From assembly GCA_964534625.1 (NCBI GenBank), contig CAZHRF010000010.1:41430-73429 (forward strand): a stretch of DNA of 32,000 nt. The letters are read 5' to 3'. Made by a program: the position numbers and the translations under genes. Positions within the stretch are counted from its first letter, which is position 1. Every line of letters begins with the position of its first letter. This DNA is from an uncultured archaeon. GTDB lineage: Archaea > Asgardarchaeota > Heimdallarchaeia > Heimdallarchaeales > Heimdallarchaeaceae. Shown here in pieces: positions 8,835-17,301 of the stretch. The notes under the pieces were generated by a model. It did not search any database, was not told the origin of the DNA, and saw only the letters and a program-made list of their open reading frames with translations.

Positions 8835-10859
8835 ATGTCTGAACCTCTAATAATTAAGTTATCTGATGAACTTCCAGAATATCCCGAATTTGATGAAGAA
8901 TATAGAAGAGCACCTGTGAGAAAAGTTGACCCACCATTAACTGAGGATGAGATAACCTTAGCTGTCAAAAATGCTTTAAGATATGTTCCTGAATATTTGC
9001 ATAAACAGTTGGCTCCCGAATTTCTAGAAGAGCTTCTTACAAAAGGCAGAATTTATGGTTATAGATATCGCCCTAAGGGTAAAATTTATGGCAAGCCAAT
9101 CAATGAATATAAAGGTATTCAAGAGGCACGGGCTATTCAAGTAATGATTGATAATAATCTTGATTTTGATGTCGCTCTTTATCCTTATGAACTAGTAACA
9201 TACGGAGAATCTGGTCAAGTGTGTCAAAATTGGATGCAATATCAATTAATCAAAAAATATCTCCAAATTATGAAAGAAGATCAGACGCTTGTAGTTATGT
9301 CAGGTCATCCATTGGGTCTTTTTCCTTCAAAAAGAAATGCACCCCGGGTTATTTTCACTAATGGTTTGATGATAGGCATGTATGATACATCAGAAGACTT
9401 TCATCGAGCTCAAGCTCTAGGAGTAGCTAATTATGGCCAAATGACAGCTGGAGGATGGATGTATATTGGCCCTCAAGGTATCGTTCATGGTACATATCTT
9501 ACCTTGTTAAATGCTGGTAGGAAATATCTGAATTTAGGAGCTGAATCTGATTTAACAGGAATAACATATGTTAGCTCAGGTTTAGGCGGCATGAGTGGAG
9601 CCCAAGGTAAAGCAATTGAAATAGCCAATGGAATAGGGATAATAGCTGAAGTGGATTACTCAAGAATAGAAACAAGAGAGAAGCAAGGATGGATAACCAA
9701 GGTTTCTGCTGATTTGGATGAAGTCTTCAAATGGGTTGAAGAAGCGAAAAAGAAAAAGGAATCTATGTCAATAGCATACTATGGTAATATAGTAGATTTA
9801 TGGCAATATACTGTTGATAATAATATAACAATAGACTTGGCATCGGATCAAACAAGCTGTCATGCAGCATATGAAGGGGGATATACACCTGTTGGATTGA
9901 GCTTTGAAGAAGGAAGGAAATTGATTGAGAACAATGAAGAAAAATTCAAAGAAAAAGTAGATGAATCATTAAGAAAACAATATGAATTAATTAAAACAAT
10001 GACAGAGAGAGGAACAAAATTCTGGGATTATGGTAACTCTTTTCTTAAGGCAGTGTTTGATGCGGGAGTTGATGATATAGCAAAGAAAGGCGACCCCAGA
10101 CATGGATTCGTTTTTCCTTCCTATGTTGAGGATTTGATGGGGCCAATATGTTTTGATTATGGTTATGGTCCATTTAGATGGGTATGCCTCAGTGGAAAAC
10201 CTGAAGACTTAGATAAAACTGACCAATCAGCATTAAAGTACATTAAAGAGATAGAAGAGTCAAGAGAAGTAAAAAGAGGTCAAGACCATGATAATTATAT
10301 CTGGATACGTGATGCAAAGAAGAATAAATTAGTGGTGGGAACACAAGCAAGAATACTTTATGCAGATGGTGAAGGAAGAATAAAAATAGCCTTGAAATTT
10401 AATCAAATGGTTAGAAAAGGAGAAATAGGACCAGTAATGCTTGGAAGAGATCACCATGATGTTTCAGGTACAGACAGCCCATTTCGCGAAACAGCCAACA
10501 TACATGATGGGAGTAACATTATGAGTGATATGGCACATGTTGCGTGGGCAGGCAATGCAGCACGAGGTATGACAATGTGTGTGCTCAGTAATGGAGGAGG
10601 AGTAGGTACTGGGAAAGTAATTAATGGCGGGTTTGGGTTAGTATTAGATGGAAGTGAAAGAGTAGATAATATTATTAAAATAGCTCTAGATTGGGATGTT
10701 AATTGTGGAATAGCGAGGAGAGCATGGGCTAGAAACCCCCACGCCATTGAAACAGCAAATGAATGGAATAAAAAGAGCGATGGATATATTTCCATACCTT
10801 CAATTCCAAAAGAGGGATTCGTTGAAAAACTAGTGAAAGAGAGATTGGAAAATAAATAA
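8835..10859 (+). CDS. hutU: Urocanate hydratase (urocanase), long form
   Basis: The ORF track starts at TTG 8826; the first ATG is at 8835. Urocanase signatures: GQMTAGGWMYIGPQGIVHGT, SGLGGMSGAQ, SDQTSCH, RDHHDVSGTDSPFRET, GGGVG. A TATA-like TTTTATATTTTT lies about 30 nt upstream of the ATG. Confidence 0.9.
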   Translation: MSEPLIIKLSDELPEYPEFDEEYRRAPVRKVDPPLTEDEITLAVKNALRYVPEYLHKQLAPEFLEELLTKGRIYGYRYRPKGKIYGKPINEYKGIQEARAIQVMIDNNLDFDVALYPYELVTYGESGQVCQNWMQYQLIKKYLQIMKEDQTLVVMSGHPLGLFPSKRNAPRVIFTNGLMIGMYDTSEDFHRAQALGVANYGQMTAGGWMYIGPQGIVHGTYLTLLNAGRKYLNLGAESDLTGITYVSSGLGGMSGAQGKAIEIANGIGIIAEVDYSRIETREKQGWITKVSADLDEVFKWVEEAKKKKESMSIAYYGNIVDLWQYTVDNNITIDLASDQTSCHAAYEGGYTPVGLSFEEGRKLIENNEEKFKEKVDESLRKQYELIKTMTERGTKFWDYGNSFLKAVFDAGVDDIAKKGDPRHGFVFPSYVEDLMGPICFDYGYGPFRWVCLSGKPEDLDKTDQSALKYIKEIEESREVKRGQDHDNYIWIRDAKKNKLVVGTQARILYADGEGRIKIALKFNQMVRKGEIGPVMLGRDHHDVSGTDSPFRETANIHDGSNIMSDMAHVAWAGNAARGMTMCVLSNGGGVGTGKVINGGFGLVLDGSERVDNIIKIALDWDVNCGIARRAWARNPHAIETANEWNKKSDGYISIPSIPKEGFVEKLVKERLENK

Positions 10860-10896
10860 AGTCCAATCTTCACTCTTATTTTTTTTATATTAATTT

Positions 10897-11289
10897 TTAT
10901 GAAAACTTTCCTTTTATCCATTTCAAGGTGCCAAAAAAAACTGCTGCTGTTCCGGATATGATTGATAGTGATCTTAAGCCCGCTTTCAAAACAGAATAGT
11001 TTATGATAACACGGTTATTAAATAAAGTAAACCAAATATCATCTGAATAATCTAGTGGAATGCCTAAAACTCTAACTAACAAGGGGTATCTTTCAAAATT
11101 AAAGTGAAGTAGACCAAACCATACCCAAGAATAGCTTAGAGAAAATATTACGAGAATACTTAAAAGAAGGATCATAACCAGCCAATAAATAGCAACTTCC
11201 TTTTTAGATAATATTACTAATACAAAAACTATTCCAAAAAGACAGCATGCAATGAGAATTATTCCAAATAAAATGTATAAGAGATCCAT
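10897..11289 (-). CDS. Hypothetical small membrane protein (about 3-4 TM)
   Basis: 130 aa, strongly hydrophobic (LLYILFGIILIACCLFGIVFVLVIL, WLVMILLLSILVIFSL). No recognisable motif. Convergent with hutU. Confidence 0.55.
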   Translation of the reverse strand: MDLLYILFGIILIACCLFGIVFVLVILSKKEVAIYWLVMILLLSILVIFSLSYSWVWFGLLHFNFERYPLLVRVLGIPLDYSDDIWFTLFNNRVIINYSVLKAGLRSLSIISGTAAVFFGTLKWIKGKFS

Positions 11290-11566
11290 ATTTACATCAA
11301 TATATTATTATTCGAATAATTCATAAACATTGTTGCTAACATTTTCACATTAAGATTAGTCCACTAGATTAAACATAATTTAACATAGGGGTGTTGAAGC
11401 ATAGAAAAATACAAACACAAATCTTTTTATCTTATTAACTGTCTAAACGCGATTAGTTTTCATACATTGGAACTAAAGATACCTTATGAATAAAGATGAT
11501 TCTTTATTATTTTGATTAAACATGTTGCAAACAGAAAACTTATTTTTAACATAGCGATTTCTCCTT

Positions 11567-12916
11567 ATGAAAGTTATAATAATTGGACATGGAGCTTCAG
11601 GGTGGACTGTAACTTACACATTACGTGTGTGGGATAGAAAGGCAGATATCACAGTTGTTGATGCTAAAGATTACGATGTTTATCACCCTTGTGCTTTGCC
11701 TTACCCTATTGGAGGAACTCTTGAAGATGAAGAAACCCTTAAAGAGTCAATAGATTATGATAGAATGAAAATCAATTTCTTGCGAAAACACAAGGCTTTA
11801 TCGATCGATCGTAAGAACAAAGTAGTTTCAGTCAAAGATTTAGAAAGCGATGAACAAAAAAATCTCGAATATGACCATCTTGTACTTTGTACAGGATCTA
11901 AAGCATGGGCACCCCCCATACCTGGGAAAGATGCACCTAATGTTTACAAACTTAAATGGGTAGAAGATGCCACAAAAATACGCGAAGCAGCTGAAAAAAA
12001 TTCAAAAGCAGTTGTAGTTGGAGCATCTGCAATTGGATTAGAAGTAGGTACTGAACTTGCACATAGAGGAATTAATACCACAATTGTTGAATTACTGCCT
12101 CAAATTTTACCACGGGCATTAGATGATGATATTGCATCTACTGTTCAAGATCACCTTGTTTCAAAATATGATAAACTTAAAATTTTAACTGGCGTCTCCG
12201 CAAAAGAAATTGTTGTTGAAGATGGAAAAGCTAAAAAAGTTATTACTGACAAAGGCGATTTTGAAGCTGATTTTATTGTGATGGCTACGGGTGTACGTCC
12301 AGAAGTCACTCTTGCCAAAGAGGCAGGATTAGAAATTGGAGAACGAGGAGGAATTAAAACCGATAAAGAGATGGTTACGTCTGATAAAAATATTCTTGCA
12401 GCGGGTGATTGTGCAGAAACAGTAGATTTGATAATGAATGAACCTTTACTCCCTTTGTTAGCTACAAGTGGTGTACGTATGGGTCGTGTTGCAGCGATGA
12501 CAATAACTAAACCTAATAAGGTCACTTTTCCAGGAACGTTAAATAATTTTGTAGTTCCATTGCATGATCTTCATGTCGGTTCAATAGGTTTTCCAACCGA
12601 GTATCTCAAAGAAAAGGGGTACAAAATAGTGCCAGGAAAAATAAGAACCCATGATAAACCTGAATATATGCCAGACGCTACAGAATTCTATTTCAAGGTC
12701 TTAATAGACAAAAAAACAGGAAAATTTTTAGGAGCACAGGCAGTCGGAGCTTCCCAGGTCACAGATAACTTGAATGTTATTTCAATGGCTATGCAAAATG
12801 ACATGACTTTTACAGATGTGCTGGAATCAGACCTATGCTATGCTCCAGCTATAAATGAAACAATTTATCCAGTTACTAAAGCTATAGAAATTGCTGCAAG
12901 AAGATTATTAAGGTAA
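11567..12916 (+). CDS. FAD-dependent pyridine nucleotide-disulfide oxidoreductase of the NADH oxidase / CoA-disulfide reductase type (single redox Cys)
   Basis: 449 aa. FAD fold VIIIGHGASG, single active-site Cys in VYHPCALPY (CoADR/Nox/Npx position), NAD fold VVVGASAIGLE, and AAGDCA. There is no CxxxxC lipoamide-dehydrogenase disulfide. Confidence 0.85.
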   Translation: MKVIIIGHGASGWTVTYTLRVWDRKADITVVDAKDYDVYHPCALPYPIGGTLEDEETLKESIDYDRMKINFLRKHKALSIDRKNKVVSVKDLESDEQKNLEYDHLVLCTGSKAWAPPIPGKDAPNVYKLKWVEDATKIREAAEKNSKAVVVGASAIGLEVGTELAHRGINTTIVELLPQILPRALDDDIASTVQDHLVSKYDKLKILTGVSAKEIVVEDGKAKKVITDKGDFEADFIVMATGVRPEVTLAKEAGLEIGERGGIKTDKEMVTSDKNILAAGDCAETVDLIMNEPLLPLLATSGVRMGRVAAMTITKPNKVTFPGTLNNFVVPLHDLHVGSIGFPTEYLKEKGYKIVPGKIRTHDKPEYMPDATEFYFKVLIDKKTGKFLGAQAVGASQVTDNLNVISMAMQNDMTFTDVLESDLCYAPAINETIYPVTKAIEIAARRLLR

Positions 12917-13130
12917 TTCTTCATCCTTTCTTTTCTATTTTTTTCGTGAAGTGTGACGTTCATCTTATGTGTTTTTCAGCTCTAAATATTAACCAACAAA
13001 AATACTTTTGGTTGTCAACAGAGATGAACTCAAAGGTACATGTCTTCTTTTTTGTCTTTTAAAGTACAACGTACTATACGTACAATAACGTTTTTATTAG
13101 TTATTTGTGATTTTTTATTCGGTAATTATA

Positions 13131-14288
13131 ATGAGTGAAGAAGCTAAAAAAACCCAATTGTGGGAATGGCATGAAGATAATGGTGGAACGATGGTAGATT
13201 TTGCTGGGTGGTATTTGCCTGTAAAATTTACCGATATAGTCGAAGAGCATATGGCTGTTCGAGATAACATGGGTATCTTTGATGTTTCTCACATGGGACG
13301 TTATGAGATTAAGGGAAAATATGCTACTAAAGCTGTTGAATTATTAGTTCCCCGTAAGATCCGTGCTATGCCTGAAATGAAATGTGGTTATACATTTTAT
13401 CTAAATGAAAATGGTGGTTTTAGAGATGACACAATCGTTGGAAAAATTAATGAAGAGCATTATTGGATTGTATGTAATGCAGGTAATCTTGAAAAAATCA
13501 TGGCTTGGGCTAAAATGGTTTGTTTAATGGTTGAAGATATAACAGGCGAACCTCTTGAATTCAAAAATTATTCCGCTGAAACAGCTATGTATGCAGTTCA
13601 AGGTCCTAATGCCTATAAGATATTAGAACGTCTTGGTGTGGCTGATACTGGTCGTTGGTTGATTGTGAATGCTGAAGTTGAAGGGATAAAATGTATATTT
13701 ACGGGTACCGGGTATACAGGGGAATCGGGATTTGAAGTCACAGTATTCGATACAACAGTAGATAAGCCTATTAATGCTATTAAAGTTTGGGAAAAGATTT
13801 TGGAAGTAGGAGATGATCTAGGATTAGTACCTTGTGGTTTGGGAGCGAGAGATTCATTGCGATTAGAAGCTGGTTTACCGCTCTATGGTGATGAAATAAC
13901 GGAAGACATCAACCCTGTTGAAGCAGGTTTAGATCTATCCTTCTTTATGAATTTAGAAAGAGAAGAATACTTTATTGGTAGAAGTGCAATTGAAGAGATT
14001 AAAAAGAAGGGAGTAAACAAAAAAAGAATAGGGTTCATTATGAAAGGAAAAGGCATACCTCGTCACGAATATAAAATACTCAATGAAGATGAAGAAGAGA
14101 TAGGCATTGTTACTAGTGGTGCTTATTCACCATTAAACGAGACAGGAATAGGCATGGGCTATGTTCCTATCGATTATACTGAACCTAAAACGCCAATAAT
14201 TATTCAAATTCGTAATAGAAAAGTAGATGCGGAAATAGTAAAAATACCATTCTATGACCCAAGCAAATATGGCTGGAAAAGAAAATAA
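13131..14288 (+). CDS. gcvT: Glycine cleavage system T protein (aminomethyltransferase)
   Basis: The ORF track starts at GTG 13107; the ATG at 13131 gives MSEEAKKTQLWEWH. Motifs: MGIFDVSHMGR, GTGYTGESGFEV, GLGARDSLRLEAGLPLYG. Confidence 0.92.
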   Translation: MSEEAKKTQLWEWHEDNGGTMVDFAGWYLPVKFTDIVEEHMAVRDNMGIFDVSHMGRYEIKGKYATKAVELLVPRKIRAMPEMKCGYTFYLNENGGFRDDTIVGKINEEHYWIVCNAGNLEKIMAWAKMVCLMVEDITGEPLEFKNYSAETAMYAVQGPNAYKILERLGVADTGRWLIVNAEVEGIKCIFTGTGYTGESGFEVTVFDTTVDKPINAIKVWEKILEVGDDLGLVPCGLGARDSLRLEAGLPLYGDEITEDINPVEAGLDLSFFMNLEREEYFIGRSAIEEIKKKGVNKKRIGFIMKGKGIPRHEYKILNEDEEEIGIVTSGAYSPLNETGIGMGYVPIDYTEPKTPIIIQIRNRKVDAEIVKIPFYDPSKYGWKRK

Positions 14289-14380
14289 GGTGAAATAACA
14301 ATAAAACGTAAGTGTATTATACAAACAATATAACTAGAAGCAAAAGCAAATAACCGACCTTTTCTTTTTATAATCTTTTT

Positions 14381-15208
14381 TCAACCAATTATTTCTTGTT
14401 CTTTTTTAAGCTCTTCAAGATATTTATCAGGATCAGACCAAATGGGTATTTCCCCTTGTATGTGTTCATTTAGGAAAATAGTTGCGGCAGTATCTACATC
14501 AAGTTTTCCGCCTTTTTTGAGTCTATGTCTTTTTTTTGCAAATTTTCGCATAAAATCAACTGGGTCCTCATATTTTATTTCATAAGTTTTTGTAAGAACA
14601 TCAGGATTTATTTCATCAATTTTGTTAACTAATGCCCAAGCTGCTTTTAAAGCGTCGTCTAATTGTTCGTGCCTTTTTACGCCTAATAATATCTGTTCGA
14701 TCATAGGTAATGTAGTGGGAATTACTCCTGGTGTATCAAATATACGTAATCGAGTGGTTATTCGTAATATCTGCTCTGCTTTTGTATATCCAGGTATAGG
14801 AGCAACTGGTGCACTAGATCTACCTTTAAGTACATTCATTAATGAGCTTTTGCCAGTATTGGGTTGTCCAATAAAACAAGCAGTAATATAAAAATACTCA
14901 TCACCTGCTTCTCTGATTATGGTTCTTTTTAGTACAGCTGTACTTAATCTTTTTGTAGCAGAGGTAGTTAAAACCGTAAAACCCTCATTTTTAATAAGAT
15001 TTCTCCATTTGTTTACAATATGATCGGGAACTAGATCAACTTTATTCATAACTACAAGTAGCTTCTTTTTAGGATCACGGGTAACTTTTTTTTCATAGTG
15101 TCTATTACGAGAAAGCATAGGAAAACGTGCATCGATAACTTCAACTACAACATCACTTTTTTTAATCATTTTATTAACTGTACGACTGTAACTTCTTTTT
15201 TTAGGCAT
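14381..15208 (-). CDS. Circularly permuted GTPase of the YlqF/YawG (RbgA/Nog2/Lsg1-like) ribosome-biogenesis family
   Basis: 275 aa. The G motifs are in permuted order: G4 NKVD (VVMNKVDLV), then G1 GQPNTGKSS, then G3 DTPG. Confidence 0.85.
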   Translation of the reverse strand: MPKKRSYSRTVNKMIKKSDVVVEVIDARFPMLSRNRHYEKKVTRDPKKKLLVVMNKVDLVPDHIVNKWRNLIKNEGFTVLTTSATKRLSTAVLKRTIIREAGDEYFYITACFIGQPNTGKSSLMNVLKGRSSAPVAPIPGYTKAEQILRITTRLRIFDTPGVIPTTLPMIEQILLGVKRHEQLDDALKAAWALVNKIDEINPDVLTKTYEIKYEDPVDFMRKFAKKRHRLKKGGKLDVDTAATIFLNEHIQGEIPIWSDPDKYLEELKKEQEIIG

Positions 15209-15228
15209 CTAATCAACTCCAGTATAAT

Positions 15229-15414
15229 TTATTTTTTTGGAGGGCCCAAATCAGGATGATCTGGTTCTTTAAAGGGAAAATCTGGTGGAGTTGGTTTGCT
15301 TGGAAAGGGAAAATCTTTATCTTTGACATATTTTTTAAGAATTCTTTTTAATTGCGATACTTCTTTTTCCAATTCTGAAACTCTTTCTTCCAGAGATTTA
15401 ATCCTATCAGACAT
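15229..15414 (-). CDS. Hypothetical 61-aa protein: short coiled coil plus a Pro-rich tail with a repeated DFPF motif
   Basis: The internal ATG at 15414 gives MSDRIKSLEERVSELEKEVSQLKRILKKYVKDKDFPFPSKPTPPDFPFKEPDHPDLGPPKK. The track's 87-aa version would run through the neighbouring promoter region. The gene ends 20 nt upstream of the GTPase gene on the same strand. Confidence 0.5.
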   Translation of the reverse strand: MSDRIKSLEERVSELEKEVSQLKRILKKYVKDKDFPFPSKPTPPDFPFKEPDHPDLGPPKK

Positions 15415-15425
15415 AATTAACCGAG

Positions 15426-15463
15426 TATGATTCTTGTTATAAAACCTATGATTCTTGTTATAA
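15426..15463. promoter_or_regulatory. Two exact 17-bp direct repeats (TATGATTCTTGTTATAA) 21 bp apart, in a 51-bp divergent intergenic region; the first carries a central TTATAA(AA) TATA-like box
   Basis: The copies are at 15426-15442 and 15447-15463. The TTATAA of copy 1 (15437-15442) lies about 23-29 nt from both divergent ATGs (15414 on the minus strand, 15466 on the plus strand). Confidence 0.45.
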
Positions 15464-15465
15464 TA

Positions 15466-16233
15466 ATGAGATTTCACGATGCACATTGTCACTTAACAAA
15501 AAATTATTTTTATAATAATATTGATAATCTTATAACGGATTGGAAACAACAAGGGTTAGAACAGGTTATTGGTGTTTCAACAACGATTAGAGAAGCACAA
15601 ACAGCTATTGAATTACATGAGAGATATCCAGAAATAATACCCGGTATAGGTATTCATCCTTGGAAGGCAAAGAAACCATTAAACGAAAAAGTAAAAGAAA
15701 GTATACAAACTATACTTGATACACATGAAACGTTAGTATTAGGAGAAATTGGTTTAGATTTTCATTTTATTAAAGAAAAAGAACGCTATAAACATCAGCG
15801 AGAGTATTTACATTATTTTCTAGAGTTAGCAGAAAAAAAGCAATTACCTATTAATTTGCATACGAAAGGAGCAGAACATGAAATAATTGAGATGCTTGAG
15901 AGCTACAAATTAAAACCAACTAAGATTCTAATTCATTGGTACTCAGGACCAGAGAACATATTGAAAAAACTATCCGATAACGAAGTCTTTTTTACTATTA
16001 ATCCTTCAGTCTTAACTAATTCAACTCATAAAGAAGTTATTGAAATTGTTAAACTGGATCAGATTCTAACTGAGTCAGACGGAGATGTAAAATATACAGT
16101 TGATGGAAAGAGAATCAAAGGAACACCAGTTTTAGTCCCTAGAATTATTGAAAAGATAGCCAGTATAAAAGGTAAATCGATTCAAGAGATAACTGAGATA
16201 TTGCATAATAATTTCTTAAGATATATTTGGTGA
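15466..16233 (+). CDS. TatD-family metal-dependent hydrolase/nuclease
   Basis: The ATG at 15466 gives MRFHDAHCHL. The track's upstream extension is hydrophobic repeat read-through. TatD motifs: HDAHCHL, GEIGLDF, NLHTKGA, IHWYSG, TESDGD. Confidence 0.85.
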   Translation: MRFHDAHCHLTKNYFYNNIDNLITDWKQQGLEQVIGVSTTIREAQTAIELHERYPEIIPGIGIHPWKAKKPLNEKVKESIQTILDTHETLVLGEIGLDFHFIKEKERYKHQREYLHYFLELAEKKQLPINLHTKGAEHEIIEMLESYKLKPTKILIHWYSGPENILKKLSDNEVFFTINPSVLTNSTHKEVIEIVKLDQILTESDGDVKYTVDGKRIKGTPVLVPRIIEKIASIKGKSIQEITEILHNNFLRYIW

Positions 16234-16238
16234 TATTA

Positions 16239-17267
16239 ATGGTAATTCAATCTTTACAAGAACTATATTTACAAAAAGAAAAATATCAATCAGACATTTT
16301 TTCTCGTTTAATTGAAAAAACTCCCAAGGTAGCATATCATTTCAACTGTACAGATGGTACATGTTCTGCTGCAATTATTAGATCTCTATATCCGGATAAA
16401 GAACTACTCTTTCTTCCAATTGATCATCCTCTTTTTAATGATACTCAGATTGGTCCTTTAATGAAAGAGATTGAATGGTTTGCTATTTTAGACTTACCAC
16501 CTTTCTCGGATAAAAAATTAGAGATTTATGTTGATCATCATGTCTCTGTAGCAGGACAGCCCATGAGAGCGGATACAATTCACTTTGTAGCTGGTGCTCC
16601 TAGTGCTACAAATCTCCTTTATCTGACATATCAAGAGAGATTGCCTGCATATTTAAAAGAGGTAGCAGAAATAACAAAAATTACCGATACAGCTTCTTAC
16701 AAAATTGCAGCACCTATGGAACTAAAAACCGAATGGGAAGATTACTCGTGGAATGAAAAAGTATGGTTCTTGGAAGATGCGTGTAAAACAGCATATATAG
16801 TTGAAGAACATGATGAATTAATTCAAATTTTAGCTAAGGAAGGGATCAATGGATTATGGAAAAAAACTGTACTGGATAGGATTATAGATCTTAGGGAATA
16901 TAGGAAAGGATCATGGGTAAAAGCAAATGAAATTGAAATAGAAGAGTTCATTATATTAATAGATGATCCGCTATCATATAATTTGCCATTTATCGCCCAT
17001 GAACTAATGCACAAAGGAGCAATAGGTACATCTTATCTAACTGTTTATCCAGAAAATGTCAAAATCAGTTTTAGACTAAATAAGAAACTCTCAGAAAACG
17101 AAATTGAGAGGTATAGAACAGATATTTTAGCAAAAAAGATGGGAGGAGGAGGTCACAAACCAGCATCAGGTGCCCAAGCTCACTCATTAGAATATGCATT
17201 AGAAATGATTCAAGAATGGGCAAAAAAAATGGGGTTCAAAACCAAAATTGTTGATTTAAGAAAATAA
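16239..17267 (+). CDS. DHH/DHHA1-family phosphoesterase (NrnA/RecJ-like)
   Basis: The ATG at 16239 lies 5 nt after the TatD stop; a TTG at 16227 is also possible. Motifs: HFNCTDGTCSA (motif I, second Asp missing), ILDLPP, YVDHHVS (DHH), KITDTASY, and DHHA1 GGGGHKPASGAQ. Confidence 0.75.
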   Translation: MVIQSLQELYLQKEKYQSDIFSRLIEKTPKVAYHFNCTDGTCSAAIIRSLYPDKELLFLPIDHPLFNDTQIGPLMKEIEWFAILDLPPFSDKKLEIYVDHHVSVAGQPMRADTIHFVAGAPSATNLLYLTYQERLPAYLKEVAEITKITDTASYKIAAPMELKTEWEDYSWNEKVWFLEDACKTAYIVEEHDELIQILAKEGINGLWKKTVLDRIIDLREYRKGSWVKANEIEIEEFIILIDDPLSYNLPFIAHELMHKGAIGTSYLTVYPENVKISFRLNKKLSENEIERYRTDILAKKMGGGGHKPASGAQAHSLEYALEMIQEWAKKMGFKTKIVDLRK

Positions 17268-17301
17268 AAAAAAGAATTTTTTAGATATACTTCCCTATTT
17301 T

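Noticed and set aside
10451-10921. 156-aa minus-strand ORF overlapping the 3' end of hutU
   Set aside because: It is entirely antisense to a confidently identified urocanase gene. The composition is low-complexity (Pro/Ser/Leu-rich), which is typical of shadow frames, and no motif is present.
12151-12525. 124-aa minus-strand ORF inside the flavoprotein oxidoreductase gene
   Set aside because: It is antisense to a gene with clear FAD/NAD motifs. The composition is Ser/Thr/Pro/Ile-rich, typical of a shadow frame.
12917-13130. Possible glycine riboswitch in the 214-bp leader upstream of gcvT
   Set aside because: I could not find the conserved purine-rich core or a tandem aptamer arrangement. 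Only weak hairpins and an ACGTAC-TAT-ACGTAC repeat are present. Glycine riboswitches are a bacterial feature and this locus looks archaeal.
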